Of a stretch of 64,000 bases of DNA, positions 1 to 9,692 are shown piece after piece. The first letter of the stretch is position 1. The number at the start of each line of letters is the position of its first letter. Source of the DNA: a virus; IMG/VR virus record IMGVR_UViG_3300045993_000425, positions 32,001 to 96,000 of that record; one strand, 5' to 3'. Below the pieces are notes generated by a model. That model was not told the DNA's origin, searched no databases, and saw nothing but the letters and a program-made list of their open reading frames with translations. The position numbers were made by a program, and so were the translations under genes.

Positions 1-3000
1 AGCTCCCCGGCTCCTTTGCTGCCTCCCATGTAAGCCACTTTTCCGTTGGCTAGAAGGAGTGCCGTTCCGTAGGCTTGAGCAAAGTTCAGCTTGCCTGTAG
101 TCAGCCTAGAGATCTTTGTGGTTGGGTCATAGATCTCTGTTTCGGTCATTGGTACACCAGCAGCGTTGCATCCACCGACCACCAAGATCTTGCCAGACGG
201 TAGCTGGATGCAGCTATGACCCATCCTTGGCTTCTGGAGGCTTCCAGCCGCTGTCCACTTGCGTCCTAGCGAGATCGAGGAGGTAAGTACATCTCCAACG
301 ACACCCGTCGCACCAAAAGAATACCCACCGATTACATACAGTTGGTCTAGACCTACTTGGATTGTCTGATGATCTCTGGTGCCCGGTGTCAACTGCTGTG
401 TAGCCTGACAGTAAGACCAGCTCGAACCCTGGTAGATCTCCCAGTATGTGTAGTCAGCCATAAACAGCGCGATTACGTTGCTGTCATGACCCCCGAGTGC
501 CATGATGTCGCCATTCCACAGCGTTGTCAGGGTGTGCCTAGCCCTCGGCCCTTGCATATCGGGAGCAGAGGCCCATTTTGTACCGATGGCATTCGGGTTG
601 TAGATATAGGTATGGGCGGTTGCGGTGCTACCATTGATACCTCCGCTAACCATCACCCTACCATCCAGCATCAAGGTGGCTGCTGCCCAAGCCACAGTGA
701 TCGGGTAAGCCTCTGTCGCAGTCAGTTGCTTCGTTGCTGGGTCATATATGTCGACATTGCTGTACTGAACCGGGACGGCACCTTCTGGGGCAGCCGAGGT
801 GAACCGTCGAGCCCCTCCGACGATCATCACCTTACCATCCGCCATCCGAACCACTGCGGCACCGAACCTGGCGATAGAGCCAGACACGGCAGTAGCTTGG
901 GTCGTCCACTGCCCATCGCTAGGTAGAACAGTAAGCCAGTCGCCAGTCGGAATAGTTGTCACGTCAGAAGGAGAAGAGAAGCCCAGAGTGGTTCTCTCTA
1001 CATCGGTCAGGCAGGTGAAATTGCCAACCTTCTCAAAGTACAGCTGCATCCCAAAGTCTGGGACATGACTGTTCCTACCACCACTCGCGCTCCATAGTGA
1101 CTGACTAGAGGTGACTTGACCGGCACTAGCGGCAAGAGTCGTGCCACTCGTCCAGCCTGTGCTCTTCGGGAGAGAAATGGTGCTATTGATCGCTACCGGC
1201 ATTCCCTGCGACAGGCCTTCGTCTAGGTCCTGACCAGCAGGGCAGCTAATCAGTGCCTTGTAGTCGATGGGGCCCCACACAATCTGGGCAGAGCCTTTTA
1301 CAGGTAGGTTGAGTTCGTTCGCTGTTCCTCCAGTGACCTGGATAGCACCAGAGGAACCGGCCGCCTCAGACCCGATCTGGAGCTTTCCGGCCTGATTCGC
1401 TGCGGCTACATTGCCCCCAGCCAGAGATAGGCCAGTGACGCTAGGAACAGACAAGAAATCAACAATGTTCTTGGTTGTGGTCGGAACCAAGCGGTACTGT
1501 TCGTTGGCCCAATCCTGAACACTTGAAGATACTGGATATTTCGTCGTTAGCGTGTAGTTGCTTCCATCGTAGGTGCTACTCGAGATATGAAGCACTCCCT
1601 CGAGCAGCTGGCAGGTCTGAGCAAGAGAAACCTCGTCTGACTGCTCCACCTGGAAAGCTTGGTCAGTCCCGACTAGCGTTCCTGAGATTGGTGAACCGGT
1701 AAGCGCATTCACCTGCGACACGAGGGTTGACCTATTGATGGGGTTGGCCTGGACGACAGATAGAGATGAAGCAATGGGAGCGGCCCAAGAACTGCCTCCT
1801 GTGCTGGTGTCTACTAGGTTGTCTCCGGTGTGCCTCGCCAGTGTCATACTCAAGTTGCTCGCTGCTGTGACCCTTCTCGCCCCAGAAACACCCGGCACCA
1901 GCTGGTCGCAGATGGCAAGCCACCGACCAGAAGGGCCCACCGTGCTGCTGTGGGTCAGGTCGAACGAACCAGACGATAGGGTGAGAAATGCGCTAGCATC
2001 GGTTACCGCTGCGATAGCTGTTGTTGAGCTATCGACCCAGGTGACCACATTGCCTGCGACAGAATCAATCACTTGGGCGCCGGCAGTGAAGCCGTATCCT
2101 GATGGAGGAGATAGGTAAATCGTCTGTCCGACGATGAGCCCGTGTCCTGTGATACCCGATGGGTAGCTGTTGAAGGTACAGGTTACGATACCTGTCGTGA
2201 CAGCTCGACTCAAGGTCATGCTGTTCAGGCCGACCATCAGGAGGATCGAGGTCGGTGTCTGATGTACCCGAACCATTGAGCCGATGTTGAGGCTGTAGGT
2301 AACCCCAGTGGTAGGTGTCAGGATTGTTACATCGTAGGGTGCCACGATAGACACGGCTGTCGCCTGTCCCGCTGTCGCCTGTGAGGAATACCTGACTACT
2401 CCAGCCTCGCCATTCCAGAACTTATTGGTGCGCCAGACGACTCCATCTAGCTGACAGCGAGGTCTTGAGAGCAGCATGAAGTTGCTGAAGTCGAAGGTGC
2501 TTCCGAAAGCCATCCCGAGAGACTGCGGATTCCCGATACTGTCCAGGTTGTCCGCATCTAGCATCTTCAGGGTCGAACCGTAGGTGACAGCCGGATCTGG
2601 AACCAATCGCCGGAACATGTTGATCTGGAAGCTTCCCTGCTGGGCGTTCTTGTCCAGTGTGAGGGACAGCCTGCTCTCGGGACCTAGCCGGAATCCGCCA
2701 GCGGGAAAGAGTCTTGAGGTGCTGGTGCTGGTGCTTCCAGGAAGTAGACCCTCGCGAAGGTGCTGAAAGGAGGTAGTTGTCGTTCCAGACAAGGAGCTGA
2801 TGCCGCTCAACTGTGTCTTGTCCTTTACGTTGCTCCCGAGTCTGTCGAAGTACTCCCTGGCCCACACGAGGCCCGCGTGGTCCCCCTGCCGAAGGTAGGG
2901 CCAACCCATGAGCCCAGCGAGGGTTACTCCACCGTCTAGGATGACATCGGTCATCACATTAGGTGTCCCAATGTCGCTGTTGCCTGATGTGACAGAAGGC

Positions 3001-5570
3001 GTATGGATGTGGTCGTTGCTAGCCACTCCGATGCTCAAGCCGAAGGTTTGGCTGCCGACGATAGCCAGAAGGGAAATCGCCCCCTCTGAGGAGTGACTAT
3101 TGGTGCCTACACGATACCTGGACTCGCGATAGGTCGTCGCCCAGCCACCAGAGAGCTGCCCAGAGATGGAATCACAGATGTCCTGGGGTGAGTAGGTGCC
3201 TGCCGGAATGACTACCGTCTGAGGCTGAGAGGTCAGGCGATAGATACTGATGTACCGATAGGCTGTTCCGACGTTGGCCGGGGTGATTGTAGATCCATTG
3301 ATCGGGGTCAGGTCGAACTCAAGCCACTGCCCGAGTGGGTCCACAGCGGAGACTCGCCAGCAACCAGTGCGATGGGAGGTCGTCAGGTCGGTGCTGAAGA
3401 GGTCGGATGTCACGAACATCCAATCACCTACCTGCACCGATCCGAACGGGTACGCTGCTGTCGCACCTAGTGTCATTGTCGCAGTAATGCGCCTGGCATT
3501 GCTTGTTCCTGCGTTCAGAGTCAGGGTGTGAGTCCCATCAAGGGAGGTGGAGATACTCTTCGTTGTCCCGTCCAGAGCGAAATAGAACGTGGTCGAGGAA
3601 CCAGCAACGATGGTGGTGATGTCAGAGCTCTCCAGGTAAGCTCGGGTGTAGGATGAGCCACAGGTTAGCCGGTCCCCTACTGCCAGAGCTGTGGATAGCT
3701 CGATGATCCCCTGCTGCCGATCTAGAACGTAATCAGATCCCATACCCAGAGACACCAGCGAACTCTGACTGAACATCCCCTTGGTCACCAGGCTGCTCGA
3801 GGAGTCGATGCTAATGGCTGCTCGGTCGCTCCTGCCGAGGTTAGAAGAGATAGTCAGGCTCGCCCCCTCGACGCGAGCTGTGCAACCAGCCACCTTGTTG
3901 TTCAGAACCGCTGCCCATACAGAAAGAGGGGCAAAGGTGTTCACGGTTGGGTATGTCGAGGAAACAGCAGCGAAGTCCTTATCCAGAAACTGATACGTCT
4001 TCTGATCGGTTCCATCTACGGAGATCGTCAGTGTGTCGCCAGTGTGGATACCGGCCCACTCAGACTGATGGAGGCTAGTCAACTTGGCAGCGGCTCCATC
4101 CTTGAAGAGTAGCTTGTCGTTTAGGTACAGACGCAGGGTATCGTAGCGCCCCCCAGGAAGCCCCAGGACGCTCGCTGCATCGACCCCTAAGGGTTGGGTC
4201 AACTCTAGGTCGTCATTCGCCTCCTGACGGGCCTGGAGCCCTAATCCGGTGCCTCCACCGATAGTGCGAGCCGAGAAGCCCACAGTCGGATTGGCGTTGA
4301 TGCTGGCCACGACCTCGTAGGCAGTAGCGGCTGTGATGTCCTGGAAGTCCTGAGCTACAAATGTATGTTCGTATCTGACACCACCCACCAGAATCGCCAG
4401 CTGGTTCCCCTCGGCTAGCCGATAGGGAGGCTGGTTGCTGGACTTCAAGGTCGCCTTAGCTGTCGGACGACCGTAGGCCAAATGGAATGTGGTTTCACCC
4501 CCATCGGCTTGGTCGACTAGCACCTCTTGGTCGACCCCAGCATCCTTTGGCTCGTATGCGGACCCGTCGTCAATATACAGTGTCGTTGTACTGCCTGGTC
4601 TTTCGACCAACCGGGCCGAGGCGACGACTGAATCCTCGGAGGATGACTTGACACCGTACAGGTTCGCTAGAAGAGCACCAGGAGTGGCCTTCGACCTGTT
4701 CCCACGAATCGCCTTGATGCGGTCGCGATAGTGGTCGTCGCTCTCGATTGCCGTCCCGTTGTTGACAGGGAGAGGGTTGGTACAGGTCATCCCGATGAAT
4801 GGCGGGCTGACGACATACCGGATGGCCCCTGCGTTCACATTTCCCACGGCTCCCGACACCTGTGCGGTCACGGGAACATTCGACACCTCAACATCACCAT
4901 CGAGGATGACAGCGGGCTGGCTAACGCGGTACAGGGCGGAATCGGTTTTGTTGCCTTGGGGGGTCCCGATGACTTGTCCGGCCAGAATCTGTCTGTCTCC
5001 ACCCTGCGCCAGCACAACAGCATCTCCAACCTGATGCTGCTTGGTCGTCCCTGCGGGGATGGTCAAGGCCCAGCTGCCATCACTTTTTTGCGTTCGGCTC
5101 GTGTAGGCCAGAGGCCCCTCGAGGCGAGTGCTGCCACGTCCCAGATAGACACTACCGGAGTTCGGGAATGCCGATGCGTCCGAAAGATAAATCGTCGTCG
5201 AGCCAGATACAGATGTCCCATTTCCAGAATAGATACGGTTCGATACCTTGGTGTATCGTGAGTCAGAGATGGTGATTCGTCCTGTGGCGTATGTCTCCCC
5301 CAGACGGTTGATCCCCTCCTGGCGGCCGATGCGGTCGAGAAATGCCCCCTTCGCCTTGTCGATATTGGAAGCATCGACCAAGTTCATGATATCCATGCTG
5401 TTCTTGGCTTGGCTCTGGGCTACAGCCTCGAGTAGAGCCAGGACGCTGGAGCCAGGCTTGAGGCTTGTCACCCCTGGAGCCAGCCCGCTGGTGTCCAACC
5501 GGGCAAGGTAGTCGTCCACCATGCCGCCAAGAATGTTAGGAAGTGCGCGTGGTTGCGGGATAGAGGCCAT
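1..5570 (-). CDS. Giant baseplate wedge protein (gpJ/gp6-like N-terminus) with C-terminal Kelch repeats; runs off the left edge
   Basis: Not in ORF track because it has no stop in the window. Manual translation from ATG 5570: MASIPQPRALPNILGGMVDDY..., baseplate-J motifs 'AKGAFLDRIG', 'GAVGNVNAGAI', 'ESDDHYRDRIK'. Same frame near 1-900 gives Kelch repeats such as 'RMGHSCIQLPSGKILVVGG...TEIYDP'. Confidence 0.85.
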   Translation of the reverse strand, partial: MASIPQPRALPNILGGMVDDYLARLDTSGLAPGVTSLKPGSSVLALLEAVAQSQAKNSMDIMNLVDASNIDKAKGAFLDRIGRQEGINRLGETYATGRITISDSRYTKVSNRIYSGNGTSVSGSTTIYLSDASAFPNSGSVYLGRGSTRLEGPLAYTSRTQKSDGSWALTIPAGTTKQHQVGDAVVLAQGGDRQILAGQVIGTPQGNKTDSALYRVSQPAVILDGDVEVSNVPVTAQVSGAVGNVNAGAIRYVVSPPFIGMTCTNPLPVNNGTAIESDDHYRDRIKAIRGNRSKATPGALLANLYGVKSSSEDSVVASARLVERPGSTTTLYIDDGSAYEPKDAGVDQEVLVDQADGGETTFHLAYGRPTAKATLKSSNQPPYRLAEGNQLAILVGGVRYEHTFVAQDFQDITAATAYEVVASINANPTVGFSARTIGGGTGLGLQARQEANDDLELTQPLGVDAASVLGLPGGRYDTLRLYLNDKLLFKDGAAAKLTSLHQSEWAGIHTGDTLTISVDGTDQKTYQFLDKDFAAVSSTYPTVNTFAPLSVWAAVLNNKVAGCTARVEGASLTISSNLGRSDRAAISIDSSSSLVTKGMFSQSSLVSLGMGSDYVLDRQQGIIELSTALAVGDRLTCGSSYTRAYLESSDITTIVAGSSTTFYFALDGTTKSISTSLDGTHTLTLNAGTSNARRITATMTLGATAAYPFGSVQVGDWMFVTSDLFSTDLTTSHRTGCWRVSAVDPLGQWLEFDLTPINGSTITPANVGTAYRYISIYRLTSQPQTVVIPAGTYSPQDICDSISGQLSGGWATTYRESRYRVGTNSHSSEGAISLLAIVGSQTFGLSIGVASNDHIHTPSVTSGNSDIGTPNVMTDVILDGGVTLAGLMGWPYLRQGDHAGLVWAREYFDRLGSNVKDKTQLSGISSLSGTTTTSFQHLREGLLPGSTSTSTSRLFPAGGFRLGPESRLSLTLDKNAQQGSFQINMFRRLVPDPAVTYGSTLKMLDADNLDSIGNPQSLGMAFGSTFDFSNFMLLSRPRCQLDGVVWRTNKFWNGEAGVVRYSSQATAGQATAVSIVAPYDVTILTPTTGVTYSLNIGSMVRVHQTPTSILLMVGLNSMTLSRAVTTGIVTCTFNSYPSGITGHGLIVGQTIYLSPPSGYGFTAGAQVIDSVAGNVVTWVDSSTTAIAAVTDASAFLTLSSGSFDLTHSSTVGPSGRWLAICDQLVPGVSGARRVTAASNLSMTLARHTGDNLVDTSTGGSSWAAPIASSLSVVQANPINRSTLVSQVNALTGSPISGTLVGTDQAFQVEQSDEVSLAQTCQLLEGVLHISSSTYDGSNYTLTTKYPVSSSVQDWANEQYRLVPTTTKNIVDFLSVPSVTGLSLAGGNVAAANQAGKLQIGSEAAGSSGAIQVTGGTANELNLPVKGSAQIVWGPIDYKALISCPAGQDLDEGLSQGMPVAINSTISLPKSTGWTSGTTLAASAGQVTSSQSLWSASGGRNSHVPDFGMQLYFEKVGNFTCLTDVERTTLGFSSPSDVTTIPTGDWLTVLPSDGQWTTQATAVSGSIARFGAAVVRMADGKVMIVGGARRFTSAAPEGAVPVQYSNVDIYDPATKQLTATEAYPITVAWAAATLMLDGRVMVSGGINGSTATAHTYIYNPNAIGTKWASAPDMQGPRARHTLTTLWNGDIMALGGHDSNVIALFMADYTYWEIYQGSSWSYCQATQQLTPGTRDHQTIQVGLDQLYVIGGYSFGATGVVGDVLTSSISLGRKWTAAGSLQKPRMGHSCIQLPSGKILVVGGCNAAGVPMTETEIYDPTTKISRLTTGKLNFAQAYGTALLLANGKVAYMGGSKGAGE

Positions 5571-5631
5571 CTGCCGTCCATTATGTGGCAAGAGAAGGGA
5601 GATCGGGCAGAGCTGACCGATCTTCTCACTT

Positions 5632-5638
5632 AGATTAC
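5632..5638 (-). promoter_or_regulatory. Putative late promoter motif GTAATCT
   Basis: Upstream of baseplate gene start at 5570; recurrent motif; the leader contains a GAGAAGATCGG/CCGATCT..TTCTC hairpin. Confidence 0.55.
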
Positions 5639-5654
5639 GCTCATCTCACACCTG

Positions 5655-5683
5655 TTGACTAAAGACCACAGTGATGGTATCAA
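5655..5683 (+). promoter_or_regulatory. Sigma70-like promoter
   Basis: TTGACT-N17-TATCAA with TG extension. Confidence 0.6.
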
Positions 5684-5702
5684 AGCGTCCACGAGGCAGA
5701 AC

Positions 5703-5996
5703 ATGAAACGACAGACCAGAGTTGCGTGTGTCGGGAAATACCTGGGTGAAGAAATAGTCGTCGATTTGACAGTACGTTTCGGCCAACTGATGTCTCTGTC
5801 GGTCGAACTAGCTGACGACAGAGCCAGAGTCGACGCCACCCTCACCGGCCAAGAAAGCAAGAGCTCACTGGTGACAGATTGTGTCGGTCACTTTGAGATG
5901 CAGTACGAGGAACAACAAGGAGAGCCCCCGACAGAGTTAAGGACTGAAGCCTGGCACCAGTTGTTCCAAGAAGCCTGGTCTAAGGTGCTGCTATAA
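5703..5996 (+). CDS. Hypothetical protein (early gene inserted in the baseplate cluster)
   Basis: ATG with GAGG RBS downstream of the sigma70-like promoter; converges on 5997. Confidence 0.6.
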   Translation: MKRQTRVACVGKYLGEEIVVDLTVRFGQLMSLSVELADDRARVDATLTGQESKSSLVTDCVGHFEMQYEEQQGEPPTELRTEAWHQLFQEAWSKVLL

Positions 5997-8603
5997 CTAC
6001 CGAGACATGTCGAAAGACACCGGAATCAGGACATCTGAGCCTCTGACACCCAGCTCCAGGCCGACCCTAGCAACAGGACCATCTATTTTGACCGAGGCAG
6101 ACCTGATGCCGGTCAAGTTCTTATTCTGGAATGTGCCCCTGAGCCCAGCCATCAGGTCTTTGGCCGACACATCTGCCAAGCTAGAACCAACCGGAAGGTC
6201 GACACCGAAGCCAGGATGCAGCATCATGGCCCCTCTGGGAGTCGAGAGGGCAATCCTAGTCCACTGGATCAGCGACTCTAGGCCGTAGCAGAACGGCCAG
6301 TTACCATCCGGCTGAATTGCGATGTCGCCACGCTCTGTGAGTGCTCCATCGATGTCCCCAGCCTCGAGGATTTTGGCTAGGTCGGACTCATTCGGGCTAT
6401 AGGGCTGGTTGATCTGGCTAGTGTCGTCGCTAGGGATATAGAGAACCTGCCCAGAGTGGACGGTGTGAGGTGCCCACCACCTTGCTTTGGCGTTCTCTGT
6501 GACCTTCCAGAGGTCCAAGTCAGCGTCCCCATCCAGCGTGACCATCCACATCGAGGGTCCATCCTGGCGAACATTTCTGACAGTCCGCACCTCGACACGC
6601 CTGATGTCCGAGAAGATATGGATCGACTGCCCCAGGACGAGGCTGGAAGCGTCAGCTAGAGCGATCTGATTCCCTCTGCCGTTGATCAGGAGCGAGGCTG
6701 TGGTGCCTGTCTCGTCGATGTAGGGCTGGCGAAGGTCGTTCAGAGCGGCGATCTCAAACCACCTCTGGCTATCTCCCAGGTACTGCTGCGCCATTCGCTC
6801 GAGGGAGCCCCCGTAGGTGTAAGGAACCGCGAACTTGGACTTGGGAACCCTCATGGCGATCTGCGCTTGGTTGGCTACGCCTGCAACGTAGTCAATGGTC
6901 AACTTGGGTGGATTCCTGACTGTCTGGGCTAGGGTAGCCATCTGACCCATGACCTGAGCAGCCTCCATGAGAGCCGCAAGAACCTCTAGGTCTTCGTCCA
7001 TCGGCTCCCTTTGCTGGACGACGGTCGTGGTGGTGGTTGTGTTCGTACCGCTGACGATGGTGTCTCCATGCTGACCCTTGTCCTGGCTAGCTGGTTCGGC
7101 ACCAGGCGACCTCATGCAGGTATTGAAGGTGTCGCTACCGAGCCCCACCTTGGCTGCGTACTTCGCCAGTGTGTCTAAGATCTGCTGCTGGAACTTCCTG
7201 AAGTCCGCAGCTGTCAGCTTACGAACCTCCTTGAGCTCCTCCTCGATCATCTTCTTGACTTTGCTGTTCTGGGGAGCGGTCCTGGCATCGATCATGCTAT
7301 TGATGGCATCCCTGGTAGCTGGGTTCATATTCGCCATGATCTCAGCCGCTGTCGCGCTACCGTTGCCCGCATCATTCCTGGCCTGATCGAGGTCTTCGTT
7401 GATGCTCTGGTCGGTTCCGGTGGTTCCACGCAGGACATCTGGAGGTCCCAGCCCTGGCGGATTGGGCCCAAGCTGACCGAAGTTCTGGTTGCTGGGGGCT
7501 GTTGAGTCCTTCCTGAGGATGGCGGCGAGGCTGTTGGCTGAGTCACCGAAGGAATTGATTCCTTTGTACCATTCCTGCTGAATGACGTTCTTGAAGTCAC
7601 TCAGGGTGGTGACGAAGCCGCCGACATCTTTGATCAGCAAGCCAACCTCTCGGATCGGACCCATTACAGTGCTGTCAAAATCCTGCTCGATGCCTGTGAT
7701 GATGCTGCTCAGGCCCTGAAGGGTGTTATGCAGAGCATTCAGCCGTCCCATGATCTGGCTGAAGATGGATGCATCTCGAGGTTTGGCAGAGCGCCAAGCT
7801 AGTTCTTGTGGCTCCACAGCTCCGATCTTTGAGGGATCGATCCTCTTCCATGCTTGGAATTGTAGCGAGTATCGGTACTCGAAAGGGCTCCCAGCGGACC
7901 TGCTCACTCGAAAAGCCTGAGGGGTCACAAGATAGGCTGCTTGTTCCTTCCAGATCAGCAGAGCGAGGCGTAGATCTCGCCCAGAGGTGGTCTTCTTGAC
8001 TTCAGCGTAGGACTCTAGGTATCGCTGAAGGATGCGGAATTGGGCATAGCCTGATTCTCGCGGGTCGATCTCATTGTCTACGTTGACCTTGAACTCTGGT
8101 CCTAAGACAACCTGACGAGCCGATGCAATGGTTCTGGTGACGGCAGAGATTGTTCCACCAAATAGCCCGCCTAGTTCATGCAGAAGCCCGCCTTGAAGTG
8201 ACTCGCCGCTCTTGCGGAGTGGATGCACACCGAATGTTCCCGAGAATGATATTTGCCTGAATGGGGCTCCTCCGTTTTGTTCAACCACTCCGTCTAGAGT
8301 AGCCGCAACAGAGGAGGCGAACGGCATCGCATTGCTTAGTTCCTCGGGGTTGATCGGGAGCGAAAAGATCGAATCGCTGAATACCGAGTATGAGCCGGGT
8401 CCAGCTTGAAGAACCACTAGTTCATAAGGATAGGACGAGGACCAGTTTCTGAACCCGATGTCTGATGAGACATCATAGCGGGCAGTAGCGGGCACCTTGC
8501 TAGCTAGGTCCGCTAGATTTTGCTCAACGTACCGACTGCTCAACAGTTCGGTCTTACCGTCAGCTGGACCACCCAGAATGTTCGCAATGCCGAGGACGTT
8601 CAT
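5997..8603 (-). CDS. Multidomain baseplate protein: tube-initiator-like N-terminus, LysM/gpX-like middle, gp25/gpW-like C-terminus
   Basis: 'FSLPINPEEL..ISFSGTFG' N-terminus; 'SLERMAQQYLGDSQRWFEIAALNDL' LysM-like; 'GLESLIQWTRIALSTPRGAMMLHPGFG' gp25-like; baseplate synteny. Confidence 0.7.
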   Translation of the reverse strand: MNVLGIANILGGPADGKTELLSSRYVEQNLADLASKVPATARYDVSSDIGFRNWSSSYPYELVVLQAGPGSYSVFSDSIFSLPINPEELSNAMPFASSVAATLDGVVEQNGGAPFRQISFSGTFGVHPLRKSGESLQGGLLHELGGLFGGTISAVTRTIASARQVVLGPEFKVNVDNEIDPRESGYAQFRILQRYLESYAEVKKTTSGRDLRLALLIWKEQAAYLVTPQAFRVSRSAGSPFEYRYSLQFQAWKRIDPSKIGAVEPQELAWRSAKPRDASIFSQIMGRLNALHNTLQGLSSIITGIEQDFDSTVMGPIREVGLLIKDVGGFVTTLSDFKNVIQQEWYKGINSFGDSANSLAAILRKDSTAPSNQNFGQLGPNPPGLGPPDVLRGTTGTDQSINEDLDQARNDAGNGSATAAEIMANMNPATRDAINSMIDARTAPQNSKVKKMIEEELKEVRKLTAADFRKFQQQILDTLAKYAAKVGLGSDTFNTCMRSPGAEPASQDKGQHGDTIVSGTNTTTTTTVVQQREPMDEDLEVLAALMEAAQVMGQMATLAQTVRNPPKLTIDYVAGVANQAQIAMRVPKSKFAVPYTYGGSLERMAQQYLGDSQRWFEIAALNDLRQPYIDETGTTASLLINGRGNQIALADASSLVLGQSIHIFSDIRRVEVRTVRNVRQDGPSMWMVTLDGDADLDLWKVTENAKARWWAPHTVHSGQVLYIPSDDTSQINQPYSPNESDLAKILEAGDIDGALTERGDIAIQPDGNWPFCYGLESLIQWTRIALSTPRGAMMLHPGFGVDLPVGSSLADVSAKDLMAGLRGTFQNKNLTGIRSASVKIDGPVARVGLELGVRGSDVLIPVSFDMSR

Positions 8604-8612
8604 ATTTCCTCA

Positions 8613-8828
8613 CTAAGCAATCTTGCCTGGTGCGGTCGTTGCGCCATCTTGGGCAGCTGCGGTTCCAGTGGTTTTGACGGTAATCCCTGGCAGAACCTGG
8701 GCATTCTTGACGATGTGCGCCACGATAGCGTTAGCTAGAGCCTCAAAGGCCTTCCTTCTGTCGTCATTGGGCTGTCCTCCAATGGCTGCCAGCATCTCTT
8801 GGGCTAGCAACTGTGGGTTCATCGGCAT
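8613..8828 (-). CDS. Small baseplate/spike-associated protein
   Basis: 71 aa with GGAG RBS, directly after the spike gene. Confidence 0.55.
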   Translation of the reverse strand: MPMNPQLLAQEMLAAIGGQPNDDRRKAFEALANAIVAHIVKNAQVLPGITVKTTGTAAAQDGATTAPGKIA

Positions 8829-8837
8829 GGTAGGCTC

Positions 8838-9689
8838 CTACTTGTTCGCCATTACGGTCTGGGATGCGTTCCCGAGGGCACCATAAGGCGTCCCTGTGAA
8901 CGTATCGATGCCGGATGCTAGGACTACACCACCCTGCATAGGCTGTAGATTGTCGGCGCCCAGCTGCACCTTGCCTGCCTCGACCAAGACAGAGGTCGCC
9001 TTGACGGTTACATTCTTTGCGGTCACCACGATTGAGTTGCTAGCTGGGCTGATGAGGATACTGTCGCCATTTTGGTCATCGACCTTGATATCCCCGCTGG
9101 CATCCAGGGTGACCGTGCTGCCCTTGTTGGTCGCCTTGCGCTTACTGTCTGGGGAGCCGTCCAGATTGGTGGCACCTGGGACCTTCAGAACCAATGTCCC
9201 GTTGTCATCGATGTCAACATGGACTCCGTTGAACTCAAAGCTCAGGAATCTTTTCTTGGCCGGATCTGCGGTTGTGACAGCAGGGTGACGGACCCCAGAG
9301 ATAATCACACCTCTGTGCGTCTCTCCATTGACGCAGGCGAACAGGACCATTGAGCCGTCGCCAACAACCTCCTGAGTTGTTGGTGGGATTACCTGAGCTC
9401 GGAGGCTATACCTCATGTAGTCTGCCTGACCACCGAACCAATCTGCTAGGACACACCTATACAAAGTCGAACACTCGATCCCGCGCCGATCTCGGTGGGT
9501 GGCTCTAACCAAGTACTCGTTCTGCGTCTTCGATTCGTTGGTGCTGTCTGTCGGATAGTCTATTCGCTCGATCTCACCAAGGCGCAGCGAGTCATCACCA
9601 GACATGGAAGTATATCCGCTAGTCACCCTGGAGGTGTCGCAAACGCCAAACATTGAGGCAAGAACCGTCCCGTTACTTAGTCTTGTCAT
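8838..9689 (-). CDS. Baseplate central spike (gpV/gp5-like)
   Basis: OB-fold-like N-terminus ('VLFACVNGETHRGVIISG') followed by beta-helix-like short strands; follows the hub gene. Confidence 0.7.
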   Translation of the reverse strand: MTRLSNGTVLASMFGVCDTSRVTSGYTSMSGDDSLRLGEIERIDYPTDSTNESKTQNEYLVRATHRDRRGIECSTLYRCVLADWFGGQADYMRYSLRAQVIPPTTQEVVGDGSMVLFACVNGETHRGVIISGVRHPAVTTADPAKKRFLSFEFNGVHVDIDDNGTLVLKVPGATNLDGSPDSKRKATNKGSTVTLDASGDIKVDDQNGDSILISPASNSIVVTAKNVTVKATSVLVEAGKVQLGADNLQPMQGGVVLASGIDTFTGTPYGALGNASQTVMANK

Positions 9690-9692
9690 TTG

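Noticed and set aside
357-5511. Many short ORFs in the track over the first 5.5 kb
   Set aside because: They lie opposite or out of frame within the continuous minus-strand baseplate gene
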